The notes beneath the pieces are model-generated. The model ran no database searches and was not told the DNA's origin. It saw only the letters and a program-made list of their open reading frames with translations. The translations under genes were made by a program, and so were the position numbers. Shown here piece by piece: positions 12,380-21,421 of a stretch of DNA of 64,000 nt. The stretch comes from Bacteroidota bacterium (lineage in GTDB: Bacteria > Bacteroidota > Ignavibacteria > Kapaibacteriales > Kapaibacteriaceae): assembly GCA_041170435.1 (NCBI GenBank), contig JBEAYU010000072.1, positions 6,509 through 70,508 on the forward strand, read 5' to 3'. The number at the start of each line of letters is the position of its first letter. The stretch's first letter is position 1.

Positions 12380-13933
12380 ATGTCTGCAATTCTCACGTCC
12401 GTCTTTTGGCGGGATCTCGCAGCAACGCTCGTTCGTACGATCCGCGACTTCCCAACCGAGAGCGTGATCGGTCTGGCCATGGCCATCAGTTTTGGTCTCA
12501 GTGCCGAGGGTGGTGATGACATTCGCCGTAGCGCGCTGCGAACCGGCTTGGGACTGATTCTGGCCCTCTGTGCCTCGATCGCAAGCACGATCGTCCGCAG
12601 GTCCGGACGCATCAACGTTGCCACGGCCGTGGTCATCACTGCAGGTGTTGCGGCAGCTGGTATCTGGCATGCTCAGAGTCTGAACTTCGATGATGTCTCC
12701 GGCATTGTCGAGTATGCATATCTGGTCGTAGCGGCTCACCTGTTGGTGGCAGTTTCATGGATGACCTACACGTCGGCCGATCGCTTTTGGATCGGTAGCA
12801 CCACAATGTTCGGTCGCATCATCGTTGCACATCTGTTTACCGGTCTGTTGCTGAGTGGTCTGACGTTGGCTGTTGGTGCGGTGCGAATTCTCTTCGGCTG
12901 GCTCACATGGTCATGGTTCGAGGTGTACCTGACGAGCTTTGGCTATTCGCTCTTCATGACGTTGTTCTTCCTAAGCGGCATGTCATCGGAAGAACGACTC
13001 AGTACGAAGCCAGACGTTCCGAAGATCACGCTGGCTTTCGTCAAGTATGTGCTCGCCCCCTTGATCGCCGTCTTCACGCTGATCCTCTACGGATATGCGG
13101 TCAAACTGCTTAGCACGCAGATATCCGAGGATATGATCCTCTACGGCGTGATCCTCTCCGGAGTTTCGATCCTTGCATCACTTCTGACCTGGCCACTGCG
13201 CAATGATGCGTTACCACTTTGGCAGTTCATCCACCGCTGGCTTTATCCTTTGCTGCTTCCGCTTCTGCTCATGGGTGCGTGGTCGCTCTGGGCGAAGATC
13301 ACGATCGACGGTATCGATCGGTACACCTTTACCCTCGGCGTGCTCGAGTCCATAGCAGTCATCACGATCGTCACAAGCCTTGTGCTTCGCTCGCGCGATC
13401 CTCGCATTCCGGCGCTCGTGGCACTGGTCGTCTTTTCGGTCACTTCCGTGGGACCGTTCGGCATCAACACTGTGGTTGCCCGATGGGTGGCATCGCATCC
13501 CAAGGTCATCGCCAAAGAGGAACTTCAAGACGCCGGCGGAATGCCGCCTGGACCGAGCAGGCTGGTCGGCATCGCCACATACAGCACGGTCGACCGGTGG
13601 ATGACCACGTTCTCGTACATCGAAGAACCGCTCCGTTCACATGAGGCCAGCCTTGATGTCGATGATGAGGGTATGCTCCGCGTCATCCACTTCGGGTTCA
13701 ACGACACACTGCGATTCAACATCCCGGAGCTGCTGAGCAGATCGGGAAAGGGCGACACGACACTGCCGCCATTGACGGTATACAGCCGCAATGGTACACG
13801 CCGAGCAACGCTCGTTGTGTCGAGGGTCTCTACCTACATCCTCACAACCGATACGACATCGCCGGGCAAGCGAAAACTGTCGAACCTTCAAGGCGCGATC
13901 TACTGCGAACCAACCTCAGCTCCGCACTACTAA
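12380..13933 (+). CDS. Polytopic membrane protein with C-terminal soluble domain (possibly DUF4153-type)
   Basis: 517 aa with about 10 predicted helices followed by a roughly 130-aa hydrophilic tail. GGAGG lies 9 nt upstream of the ATG. The family assignment is from memory only. Confidence 0.55.
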   Translation: MSAILTSVFWRDLAATLVRTIRDFPTESVIGLAMAISFGLSAEGGDDIRRSALRTGLGLILALCASIASTIVRRSGRINVATAVVITAGVAAAGIWHAQSLNFDDVSGIVEYAYLVVAAHLLVAVSWMTYTSADRFWIGSTTMFGRIIVAHLFTGLLLSGLTLAVGAVRILFGWLTWSWFEVYLTSFGYSLFMTLFFLSGMSSEERLSTKPDVPKITLAFVKYVLAPLIAVFTLILYGYAVKLLSTQISEDMILYGVILSGVSILASLLTWPLRNDALPLWQFIHRWLYPLLLPLLLMGAWSLWAKITIDGIDRYTFTLGVLESIAVITIVTSLVLRSRDPRIPALVALVVFSVTSVGPFGINTVVARWVASHPKVIAKEELQDAGGMPPGPSRLVGIATYSTVDRWMTTFSYIEEPLRSHEASLDVDDEGMLRVIHFGFNDTLRFNIPELLSRSGKGDTTLPPLTVYSRNGTRRATLVVSRVSTYILTTDTTSPGKRKLSNLQGAIYCEPTSAPHY

Positions 13934-13967
13934 AGTGCAGTGCTGTCTGCGAAAGTCGCTTTCCCCC

Positions 13968-16900
13968 TCAGCCCTCGATCGCCCTGTTGATCACCGCTGC
14001 CTGCTCAATCTCATGCTTCTTCGCTGAGCCGGTCGCGGGACTCGCAGCGGCGTCACGTCCGACGTATGACAGCTTCTGCCCAGGAGCCAGAACGTCAAGC
14101 AGGTGAGGCTGAACAAACATCCAGGCACCCATGTTCTTGGGCTCTTCCTGGCACCACACCACGTCCGTGGCGTTACCGTAGCGCGCAAGAACGGATGCCA
14201 TGGTCGCCGAGTTGAACGGATGGATCTGCTCGAGTCTCACCAAAGCGACATCGGTGCGACCGGCTTCCTGGCGTTTCTTGGCAAGCTCGTTGTGGATCTT
14301 ACCGGTTGTGATGACCACGCGGCGGACCGCCGACGCATCGACCGATTGATCGTCAATGATCTCTCGGTAGGATCCGTTGACAAGTTCATTGACATCGGAT
14401 TGGAAGATGCGCAGGTATCCTTTCGGCGTCATGACGATAAGGGGCTTGCGCCAAGCTGCCTTTACCTGACGACGCAGCGCATGGAAGTAATTCGCCGGTG
14501 ACGTGAAGTTGCACACGATCATGTTGTCCTGAGCGCACAGCTGCAGGAAGCGCTCCAAGCGCGCACTCGAGTGCTCGGGACCTTGTCCGTCGTAACCATG
14601 TGGCAGCAGTACGGTGACGTTGCTGCGTTGTTGCCACTTTTCTTCTGCACTTGAGATGAACTGATCGAAAACGATCTGTGCTCCGTTGGCAAAGTCACCG
14701 AACTGCGCTTCCCAGATCGTCAAACCATTCTTTGCGATCGTGCTATAGCCGTATTCGTATCCTAACACGGCATACTCCGACAGCGGAGAATCGTAGATGT
14801 GCAACTTCTGCGGAGCGCCCAGCTCATTCAGTGGAACATGCCGTTCCTCGGTGACGCCGTCGCGATGCACTGCCTGACGGTGATTGAACGTTCCACGACC
14901 CGAGTCCTGCCCGGTGATGCGGACAACATGTCCCTGCCGGAGCAACGAACCAAAGGCCAGAGCCTCGGCCATTCCCCACTGCACCACGCCCTGATCGAAT
15001 GATGCCTTACGCTTATCGGCTTCTGCTTTCACCTTCGAGTGGATCGTAAAGCCTTCGGGCACCGAGCAGATCACTTCGGCGATGGCGTGAAGTTCCGAAT
15101 GGGCAACTGCCGTATCGACGTGTGCGAACATATCGACGTGGTCGTGCGAGACCGGAGCCGGCAGTGCACTGGCACGATTGTCATAGGCGACATTGAGTCT
15201 GGCGAGTTCCTCAGAGGAGACCTGTGTGAGCGCATCCGCATTAGCAACACCTTCACTGATGAGCCGCTCTTCGTACACCTTCCGGACGGTCGAAATATTC
15301 TTGATCTTCTTGTACAGCAGCGGCTGTGTGGCCGTCGGATCATCCTGCTCGTTATGACCATACTTGCGATAGCACAACATGTCGATGACCACATCATCGC
15401 CGAAGCGTTCCCTGTAGGCAAAGGCAAACTGTGCCGCTGCGCGGCAAGCCTCAGGATCGTTGCCATCGACATGCAGGATCGGCACCTGCAGAAGCTTGGC
15501 AATGCCGGTGCAGTATGGGGACGAACGCGAGTCTTCGGGCGACGTCGTGAACCCGATCTGGTTATTGATCACTATGTGCATCGTACCGCCGGTGGCATAG
15601 CCGCGTAGTCGGGCCATGTTCAGCGTTTCGGGCACGACACCCTGTCCGGCAAAGGCAGCATCGCCGTGGATCAACACCGGCATGACGCGTCGGTAGGTCT
15701 CGTCACCGATCTCATCATCGAGTGCTCGGGCCATCCCCTCGACAACCGGGTTGACGGCTTCGAGGTGGCTCGGGTTCGGAGCCAAGACGAGTGATAACGA
15801 CGAGCCATCGGAGGCCACGTAGGTACCCTTGGCGCCGAGGTGATACTTCACGTCGCCCGATCCTTGGTAGGAATCCGGATCGATCTTTCCTTCAAACTCA
15901 TTGAAGATCTTCTCAAGGGGCTTGCCCATCATGTTCGCCAGCACGTTGAGACGTCCTCGGTGCGCCATGCCGAGCACCGAAGCGGCCAGCCCGCGCCGAG
16001 CACCGTCAGCCAGCATTTGGTCAAGAATGATCAGAGCGCTTTCGCCCCCTTCAAGAGAGAATCGCTTTGCACCAAGAAACTTGGTGTGTAGGAAGTTCTC
16101 GAGAGTTTCGGCACGGACAAGCTTGCGGTAGGTATCGACCTTTTGTTCGGGGCTGAGACGTGTCTTGAGATGTGTTGTCTCAACGTACTCTCGGATCCAG
16201 TTCTTTTGTTCCGGATCCTGGATGTACATGTACTCGATGCCAATGTGATCGCAGTACGTATCGCGAAGCATGTCGATGATATCGCGCAATGTCGCGCGTT
16301 TCACGCCGCCCAGACCTCCGGTATCGAATTCCCGGTCGAGGTCCCAGATCGTGAAGTTGTAATACCCCGGATCGAGCTCAGGATAATAGTATGCCTCGAG
16401 TCCGAGTGGGTTAACGTCTGCAAGAAGGTGTCCGCGAACACGATAGGCATTGATGAGCTGAACGACTCGACCTTCTTTGTCGATCTCCTCCGGCGTATCG
16501 GGCTGGGCAAAGGGGCTCGCCCCCTTTTCATGCATCCAGCGCATGGGCTCAAATGGGATCTTGATGGCGGCAAAGATCTGCTCGTAGAATCGATGCTCTC
16601 CCAGCAACAGCTGATGGATGTATTGCAGGAACTCGCCCGACTCGGCACCCTGGATCACGCGATGGTCATACGTCGACGTGATCGTCACGACCTTGGAGAT
16701 GGCAAGAGTTGAAAGCACATCCGGCATCATTGCCTGGAACTCTGCCGGATACTCGATCGCGCCGGCGGCCACGATCGTGCCTTGTCCCTCCATCAAACGG
16801 GGAACGGACATCACCGTGCCGATACCACCCGGATTGGTGAGCGTGATGTTTGCCCCAGAGAGCTCCTCTGGCGTGAGTTTGTTGGTACGGGCGCGCTTGA

Positions 16901-17555
16901 TGACGTCATCATAGGCCGCAGCATACTCTTCAAAGCTGAGGCGCTCAGCATTCTTGATGCTCGGTACAAGCAGGATTCGCGATCCATCCTTTCGCGTGGT
17001 ATCGACGGCAAGTCCAAGATTGATCCCGCCACGCTCAATGCGTACCGGCGTACCATCTTGGACGCCGTACGAGTTCTTCATGTTCGGATATCTCTCGGCG
17101 GCGCGGATGATGGCCCAGCCAAGGATGTGCGTGAACGACAACTTGTTGCGACGCTTCCGAGCAAGGAACGTGTTGGCAATGCGGCGGTTCTCTTCGAGCG
17201 CTTTGACGGGGATGTTTCGCACACTCGTGGCCGTTGGCACGCCGAGCGAGGCTTCCATGTTCTGCGCGATCTTACCGCCGATCGAAGACAACGGAACGAT
17301 CTCATCACCGGCAACCATGGGCGGAATGCGTGTGCCCGTTGTGGCTGCAAGAGTCGGCGCACTTGGAGCGACGACCACTGGTGTAGAACGTGGTGCCGGC
17401 GTGGGTGCAGACGTGCCATTGACGACTGCCGTTGGTACGGGTGCTTCGGGTGTGTAGCTGGCAAAGAAGTTTTGCCATTCGGGCGATACGGACGATGGGT
17501 CTCTGAGGTACTCGAAGTACAGTTCGTCAACGTAAGCGCTGTTCATCGACATCAT
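13968..17555 (-). CDS. kgd: Multifunctional 2-oxoglutarate decarboxylase/dehydrogenase E1 fused to an E2-type acyltransferase core (Kgd/OdhA architecture)
   Basis: The N-terminal roughly 350 aa carry an E2 catalytic core (ITSTYDHRVIQGAESGEFL) and no lipoyl domain. The remainder is E1o (GMAHRGRLNVLAN, LIHGDAAFAGQGVV, EAQFGDFANGAQ). Start candidates are ATG 17555, 17552 and 17546 (the ORF track uses TTG 17591). Confidence 0.9.
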   Translation of the reverse strand: MMSMNSAYVDELYFEYLRDPSSVSPEWQNFFASYTPEAPVPTAVVNGTSAPTPAPRSTPVVVAPSAPTLAATTGTRIPPMVAGDEIVPLSSIGGKIAQNMEASLGVPTATSVRNIPVKALEENRRIANTFLARKRRNKLSFTHILGWAIIRAAERYPNMKNSYGVQDGTPVRIERGGINLGLAVDTTRKDGSRILLVPSIKNAERLSFEEYAAAYDDVIKRARTNKLTPEELSGANITLTNPGGIGTVMSVPRLMEGQGTIVAAGAIEYPAEFQAMMPDVLSTLAISKVVTITSTYDHRVIQGAESGEFLQYIHQLLLGEHRFYEQIFAAIKIPFEPMRWMHEKGASPFAQPDTPEEIDKEGRVVQLINAYRVRGHLLADVNPLGLEAYYYPELDPGYYNFTIWDLDREFDTGGLGGVKRATLRDIIDMLRDTYCDHIGIEYMYIQDPEQKNWIREYVETTHLKTRLSPEQKVDTYRKLVRAETLENFLHTKFLGAKRFSLEGGESALIILDQMLADGARRGLAASVLGMAHRGRLNVLANMMGKPLEKIFNEFEGKIDPDSYQGSGDVKYHLGAKGTYVASDGSSLSLVLAPNPSHLEAVNPVVEGMARALDDEIGDETYRRVMPVLIHGDAAFAGQGVVPETLNMARLRGYATGGTMHIVINNQIGFTTSPEDSRSSPYCTGIAKLLQVPILHVDGNDPEACRAAAQFAFAYRERFGDDVVIDMLCYRKYGHNEQDDPTATQPLLYKKIKNISTVRKVYEERLISEGVANADALTQVSSEELARLNVAYDNRASALPAPVSHDHVDMFAHVDTAVAHSELHAIAEVICSVPEGFTIHSKVKAEADKRKASFDQGVVQWGMAEALAFGSLLRQGHVVRITGQDSGRGTFNHRQAVHRDGVTEERHVPLNELGAPQKLHIYDSPLSEYAVLGYEYGYSTIAKNGLTIWEAQFGDFANGAQIVFDQFISSAEEKWQQRSNVTVLLPHGYDGQGPEHSSARLERFLQLCAQDNMIVCNFTSPANYFHALRRQVKAAWRKPLIVMTPKGYLRIFQSDVNELVNGSYREIIDDQSVDASAVRRVVITTGKIHNELAKKRQEAGRTDVALVRLEQIHPFNSATMASVLARYGNATDVVWCQEEPKNMGAWMFVQPHLLDVLAPGQKLSYVGRDAAASPATGSAKKHEIEQAAVINRAIEG

Positions 17556-17593
17556 GGTCGAAGGACTTTCAAGGTGAGAAATGTGGTGCAAAA

Positions 17594-18367
17594 CTACGGT
17601 TTTTCGTGCATCCCGATGAACGCCAGCATCCTACCGGATCGACTGCCATCGCGCCTGAATGAATGATAGCGCGTGTTGCCGATGGTACACGATCGATCGA
17701 CCGTGATGTTGCCCTCCGACACACCCAGCTCTGTGAGCTGATGAATGATCGCTTGATGATTGTCGAAGTACCACTTCGGCGTCGACTGACGCATGTCTTG
17801 ACTCACGGAATCCGGCACTGGGGTGCAGAATTCGCCGAGGACATCGGCCACGTCGCGGCCCACCTCATAGGCACTGCCGGAAGCGCATGGCGAGAGCCAT
17901 GCACGGATGTTCTTGACCTCGCATCCGACGTCACGGAGAAGACGTTCGATCATCCTACCGCTGATATTGGCGGCAGTTCCACGCCATCCGCTGTGGACGG
18001 CGGCAATCGCGCCACGCACCGGGTCGTGTGTGAGCACACCGCAGCAATCCGCAAGCTTGACGCCCAGCAAGATTCCGCGGGTGGTCGTGTAAAGACCGTC
18101 GGCAGGTCTTCGGCGAAGCTCTGCGATGTCGTCAGCGTGTCTGACATCGACAATATCTGCCCCATGAACCTGGTTGACGGTTGCGATCATGGTTCGGCTC
18201 CATCCTACGTGAGCTGAGAGAAGCTCAAATGAACGCTCGACGCGGACAGCATCTGCCGAGTCAGACACGGAGAACGTTGCGCCCGGCCATGGAAGCACCG
18301 ACGTGTCAACGATGCTCATTCCCGAGATCACGTCCGGATGGTCAACAGCAGGTATCAGTGCGATCAT
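17594..18367 (-). CDS. pgeF: Peptidoglycan editing factor PgeF (YfiH/DUF152, laccase-domain protein)
   Basis: QVHGADIV, ADGLYTT, KLADCCGVL and AVHSGWRGTAANI motifs. Confidence 0.85.
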   Translation of the reverse strand: MIALIPAVDHPDVISGMSIVDTSVLPWPGATFSVSDSADAVRVERSFELLSAHVGWSRTMIATVNQVHGADIVDVRHADDIAELRRRPADGLYTTTRGILLGVKLADCCGVLTHDPVRGAIAAVHSGWRGTAANISGRMIERLLRDVGCEVKNIRAWLSPCASGSAYEVGRDVADVLGEFCTPVPDSVSQDMRQSTPKWYFDNHQAIIHQLTELGVSEGNITVDRSCTIGNTRYHSFRRDGSRSGRMLAFIGMHEKP

Positions 18368-20136
18368 GGTCGTGTGGTATCAGGTGGTGCCGTAAGAGCC
18401 CCCTTCATGCGACGGCCCCAGAGGCCCAAACCTACGACGGCGTCGGGTCGTTTCTCCAGTGTCCAGTTCCGTGCGGCATGATCGATCGGTCCGGCAGGGG
18501 CACCGATGAATGCCACGATGGTACGTCCTTGTCTTTGGCCGGTGACGATGAGTCCGGCCGGGCGTTCAGTGATGTGTGCAGGCAAATCGCGCCGTCCATG
18601 GTCGCGCAGGGTCATGAGCACGATGGTCACCATCAGCACGGCACCCACGCACCTGACCATGAAGCCCGGCCAGCTTCGGGCCGCCAATGGCCAACACAGG
18701 CCAAGCGTGACGATGACACTGAGCCAGATAACACTAACGACATTCATTCCTCGCGTCAGGTCGAGTGCTGCGACGGTTGCCACCACATCGGCAGAACGCA
18801 CCAGCACGGTCAGCCACCAGCCCAGGGCATTCTCCACCACTGGCAGTGGCATCAGAGCCAGCCCAAGTCCCAACACGAGGGATCCACTCATCAGAGGAAC
18901 GACCACGAGGTTTGCCAACAACGCCAGCAGACTGACGGACCCGAACAGGACTGCCGACGGGATCGTGACGCCGACGGTCGCCCCCCAGGTGACGGCCACG
19001 GCATCCACCACGAGGCTCGCTGATGGACGTCTCTTGATGACGAGCATGTGCAGCAAGCGCCGACACGGCGGAACCAGAATGATCATGGCTAGAGTTGCCG
19101 TCACCGACAGTAGAAATCCACCGCTGACAATCGACGTGGGATCGAAACCAATGATCACCAGAATGCTGAGCATCAAGTGATTGATCGGGTTCACGTCCCG
19201 TTCCCAACGCGAACCGATGAGTGCTCCGATTCCCATGATGGCGCTTCTGACGGCAGGGGGCTCGCTGCCGCTCAGGAACGTGTACAGCGCTACGGAGCCG
19301 ATGCCCAGCAGCATGAGCACCATGTTGGGACGAACGCCAATCAGAAGCATCACCAGCCATGTAACGATGGCAACATGCGAACCGCTCACCGAGAAGATAT
19401 GCGCCGTGCCGCTGAGCCGGTATGCACGCACGGATTCGACATCGATGCGCGACCTATCGCCGATCACCAGTGCCACGGCAATGGCCGAGACGTCAGCCGG
19501 AAGACATGATTCAAGCCTCCTGACCATCATCTGCCGCGCCCGGCAGAGCCATATTGTCGCATCCGACGGCGGGCCCGCGTCGAATCCCCTTCCACGCTCG
19601 AGCAGAAATGCCACCCCGATCGATCGCAGATGGTCCGGTTCAGAGAACTCTCCCGGAAGTGTTGGATGGCGCGGACGCCGAAGCAGTCCCGTCACACTCC
19701 GTCGACGTCCAACGTATATCGTGCTGTCAGCCCCCTTTTCGGTGACCAACACCCGAGCATGCGTGCACGGCGCGCATTGGGCATCGACCTCCGCGCTCAA
19801 AACGTAGCGGATCCGGTTGGGTCCACGACGGATCACCTGCTCCACGACACCGTCACAGCGGGCGGGGCTCGAGTACACCCTCGCGCAGGGACCCGAAGAG
19901 CCTCCAGCCGCCACACCGAGTTCATCGGTGATGACGCTTGCCGAGCAGGCTCCCAGAGCCATGGATGTCCAAACGATCGACGTGGCTTGCAGGCGCAGGC
20001 GCAAGGCCAATAGGCCCAAACAGAGCAATACGCCGGCCAGGGACAGTGAAATCGTCCCCTCGAGTCCGAGTGACAAGACAAGCCACGTCGAGCTCACCAT
20101 CATCACAACGGGCATCACCAGTGGAAGGCGCTGCAT
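18364..20136 (-). CDS. comEC: ComEC/Rec2 family competence membrane protein (no recognisable metallo-beta-lactamase domain)
   Basis: Polytopic, with SGTAHIFSVSGSHVAIV, the competence-domain signature. Its stop overlaps the pgeF start (ATGA). No HxHxDH motif occurs in the C-terminal tail. Confidence 0.8.
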   Translation of the reverse strand: MQRLPLVMPVVMMVSSTWLVLSLGLEGTISLSLAGVLLCLGLLALRLRLQATSIVWTSMALGACSASVITDELGVAAGGSSGPCARVYSSPARCDGVVEQVIRRGPNRIRYVLSAEVDAQCAPCTHARVLVTEKGADSTIYVGRRRSVTGLLRRPRHPTLPGEFSEPDHLRSIGVAFLLERGRGFDAGPPSDATIWLCRARQMMVRRLESCLPADVSAIAVALVIGDRSRIDVESVRAYRLSGTAHIFSVSGSHVAIVTWLVMLLIGVRPNMVLMLLGIGSVALYTFLSGSEPPAVRSAIMGIGALIGSRWERDVNPINHLMLSILVIIGFDPTSIVSGGFLLSVTATLAMIILVPPCRRLLHMLVIKRRPSASLVVDAVAVTWGATVGVTIPSAVLFGSVSLLALLANLVVVPLMSGSLVLGLGLALMPLPVVENALGWWLTVLVRSADVVATVAALDLTRGMNVVSVIWLSVIVTLGLCWPLAARSWPGFMVRCVGAVLMVTIVLMTLRDHGRRDLPAHITERPAGLIVTGQRQGRTIVAFIGAPAGPIDHAARNWTLEKRPDAVVGLGLWGRRMKGALTAPPDTTRP

Positions 20137-20332
20137 AGGCGATTCTCTGTGCCATGAAGCCCTCGAAACGTGACGCGTCGGTGTTGATAACTCGCCTGCC
20201 TCGGGCCGATGACCGCCCGTAATTTGCGCCCTCTGTAATGCGTCGCGTGGTCGAACGGCAAGCCCCCTGTCACGTTCCGGATGCCATGCCGCTCATAGAC
20301 CGTAACGACGCATTTCTTCCACGACAATATCA

Positions 20333-21418
20333 ATGGACACCATCATGAGTGCAGAAGCAAAGGCATCCAAGGATGCAAAGGAAACGTCAACGGCGGCCGC
20401 GAAGCCAGCCGATGCCAAGGTAAAGGCCGCACAGCTGGCCATGGAGCAGATCGAAAAGCAATTCGGTAAGGGCTCCATCATGCGCTTGAGTGACACCTCA
20501 TCGGTCGAGATCGACGCGATCTCCACGGGCTGCTTGTCACTTGATGCGGCGATCGGCATTGGTGGTGTTCCGCGCGGCCGGATCGTCGAGATCTACGGTC
20601 CGGAATCCTCTGGCAAAACCACGGTCTGTCTTCAAGTGATCGCCGAGGCACAAAAGGCAGGGGGCTTGGCAGCATTCGTCGATACCGAGCATGCACTTGA
20701 TGTCAAGTACGCACAGCGCCTCGGCGTGGACCTCAACAATCTGCTTCTGTCGCAACCGGAGTTTGGTGAGCAGGCCCTCGAGATCGTCGAAACACTCGTT
20801 CGCTCGGGTGCCATCGATGTGGTCGTGGTGGACTCCGTGGCCGCATTGACGCCGCGTGTGGAGATCGAGGGCGACATGGGCGATGCGCAGATGGGCTCGC
20901 AGGCCCGCCTCATGAGTCAGGCCATGCGCAAGCTCAATGCTGCCATCGGACGGTCGAACACGACAGTGATCTTTACCAACCAGTTGCGCTCAAAGATCGG
21001 CGTCATCTACGGTAATCCCGAGACGACCACCGGCGGTAACGCCCTCAAGTACTACGCGTCACTGCGCATCGATGTGCGCCGTAAGGACGTCATCAAGGAT
21101 GGACAGGATATCGTTGGCAACCGTGTACGGGCCAAGGTGGTCAAGAACAAGGTCGCCCCGCCGTTTCGTGAGGCAGAGTTCGACATCATGTACAACGAGG
21201 GCATCTCGCGTCTTGGCGACATGATCGATGTGGCCGTCGAAACGGGAATCATCACCAAGTCAGGTTCGTGGTTCTCCTTCAACGAAGAACGCGTTCAAGG
21301 CCGTGACGGTATGCGTAAGCTCCTTACAGAGAATGCCCCACTGTATGCTGCACTCGACGCTGCCGTGCGTCAGGCACTGCACCTGCCAAGCACGATCGCG
21401 TCGAACGGCAAGAAGTGA
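20333..21418 (+). CDS. recA: Recombinase RecA
   Basis: [24 protein letters not shown] (Walker A), [10 protein letters not shown]-like VVVDSVAAL and FINQLR-like [10 protein letters not shown]. It has a Lys/Ala-rich N-terminal extension of about 25 aa. Confidence 0.97.
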   Translation: MDTIMSAEAKASKDAKETSTAAAKPADAKVKAAQLAMEQIEKQFGKGSIMRLSDTSSVEIDAISTGCLSLDAAIGIGGVPRGRIVEIYGPESSGKTTVCLQVIAEAQKAGGLAAFVDTEHALDVKYAQRLGVDLNNLLLSQPEFGEQALEIVETLVRSGAIDVVVVDSVAALTPRVEIEGDMGDAQMGSQARLMSQAMRKLNAAIGRSNTTVIFTNQLRSKIGVIYGNPETTTGGNALKYYASLRIDVRRKDVIKDGQDIVGNRVRAKVVKNKVAPPFREAEFDIMYNEGISRLGDMIDVAVETGIITKSGSWFSFNEERVQGRDGMRKLLTENAPLYAALDAAVRQALHLPSTIASNGKK

Positions 21419-21421
21419 CGC

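Noticed and set aside
18181-19360. Several 200-280-aa ORFs on both strands inside comEC (18181-19023, 18506-19180, 18734-19360 and 19181-19807 nearby)
   Set aside because: All are nested in the ComEC coding region. Their translations are low-complexity (Arg/His/Gly/Ser/Pro/Thr-rich) and lack motifs. They are alternative-frame artefacts of GC-rich DNA.
20137-20332. SOS/LexA-type operator upstream of recA
   Set aside because: Only a short GACGCGTC palindrome (about 20172-20179) is present. It does not match any LexA box I know, and no lexA gene is in the window, so the evidence is insufficient.
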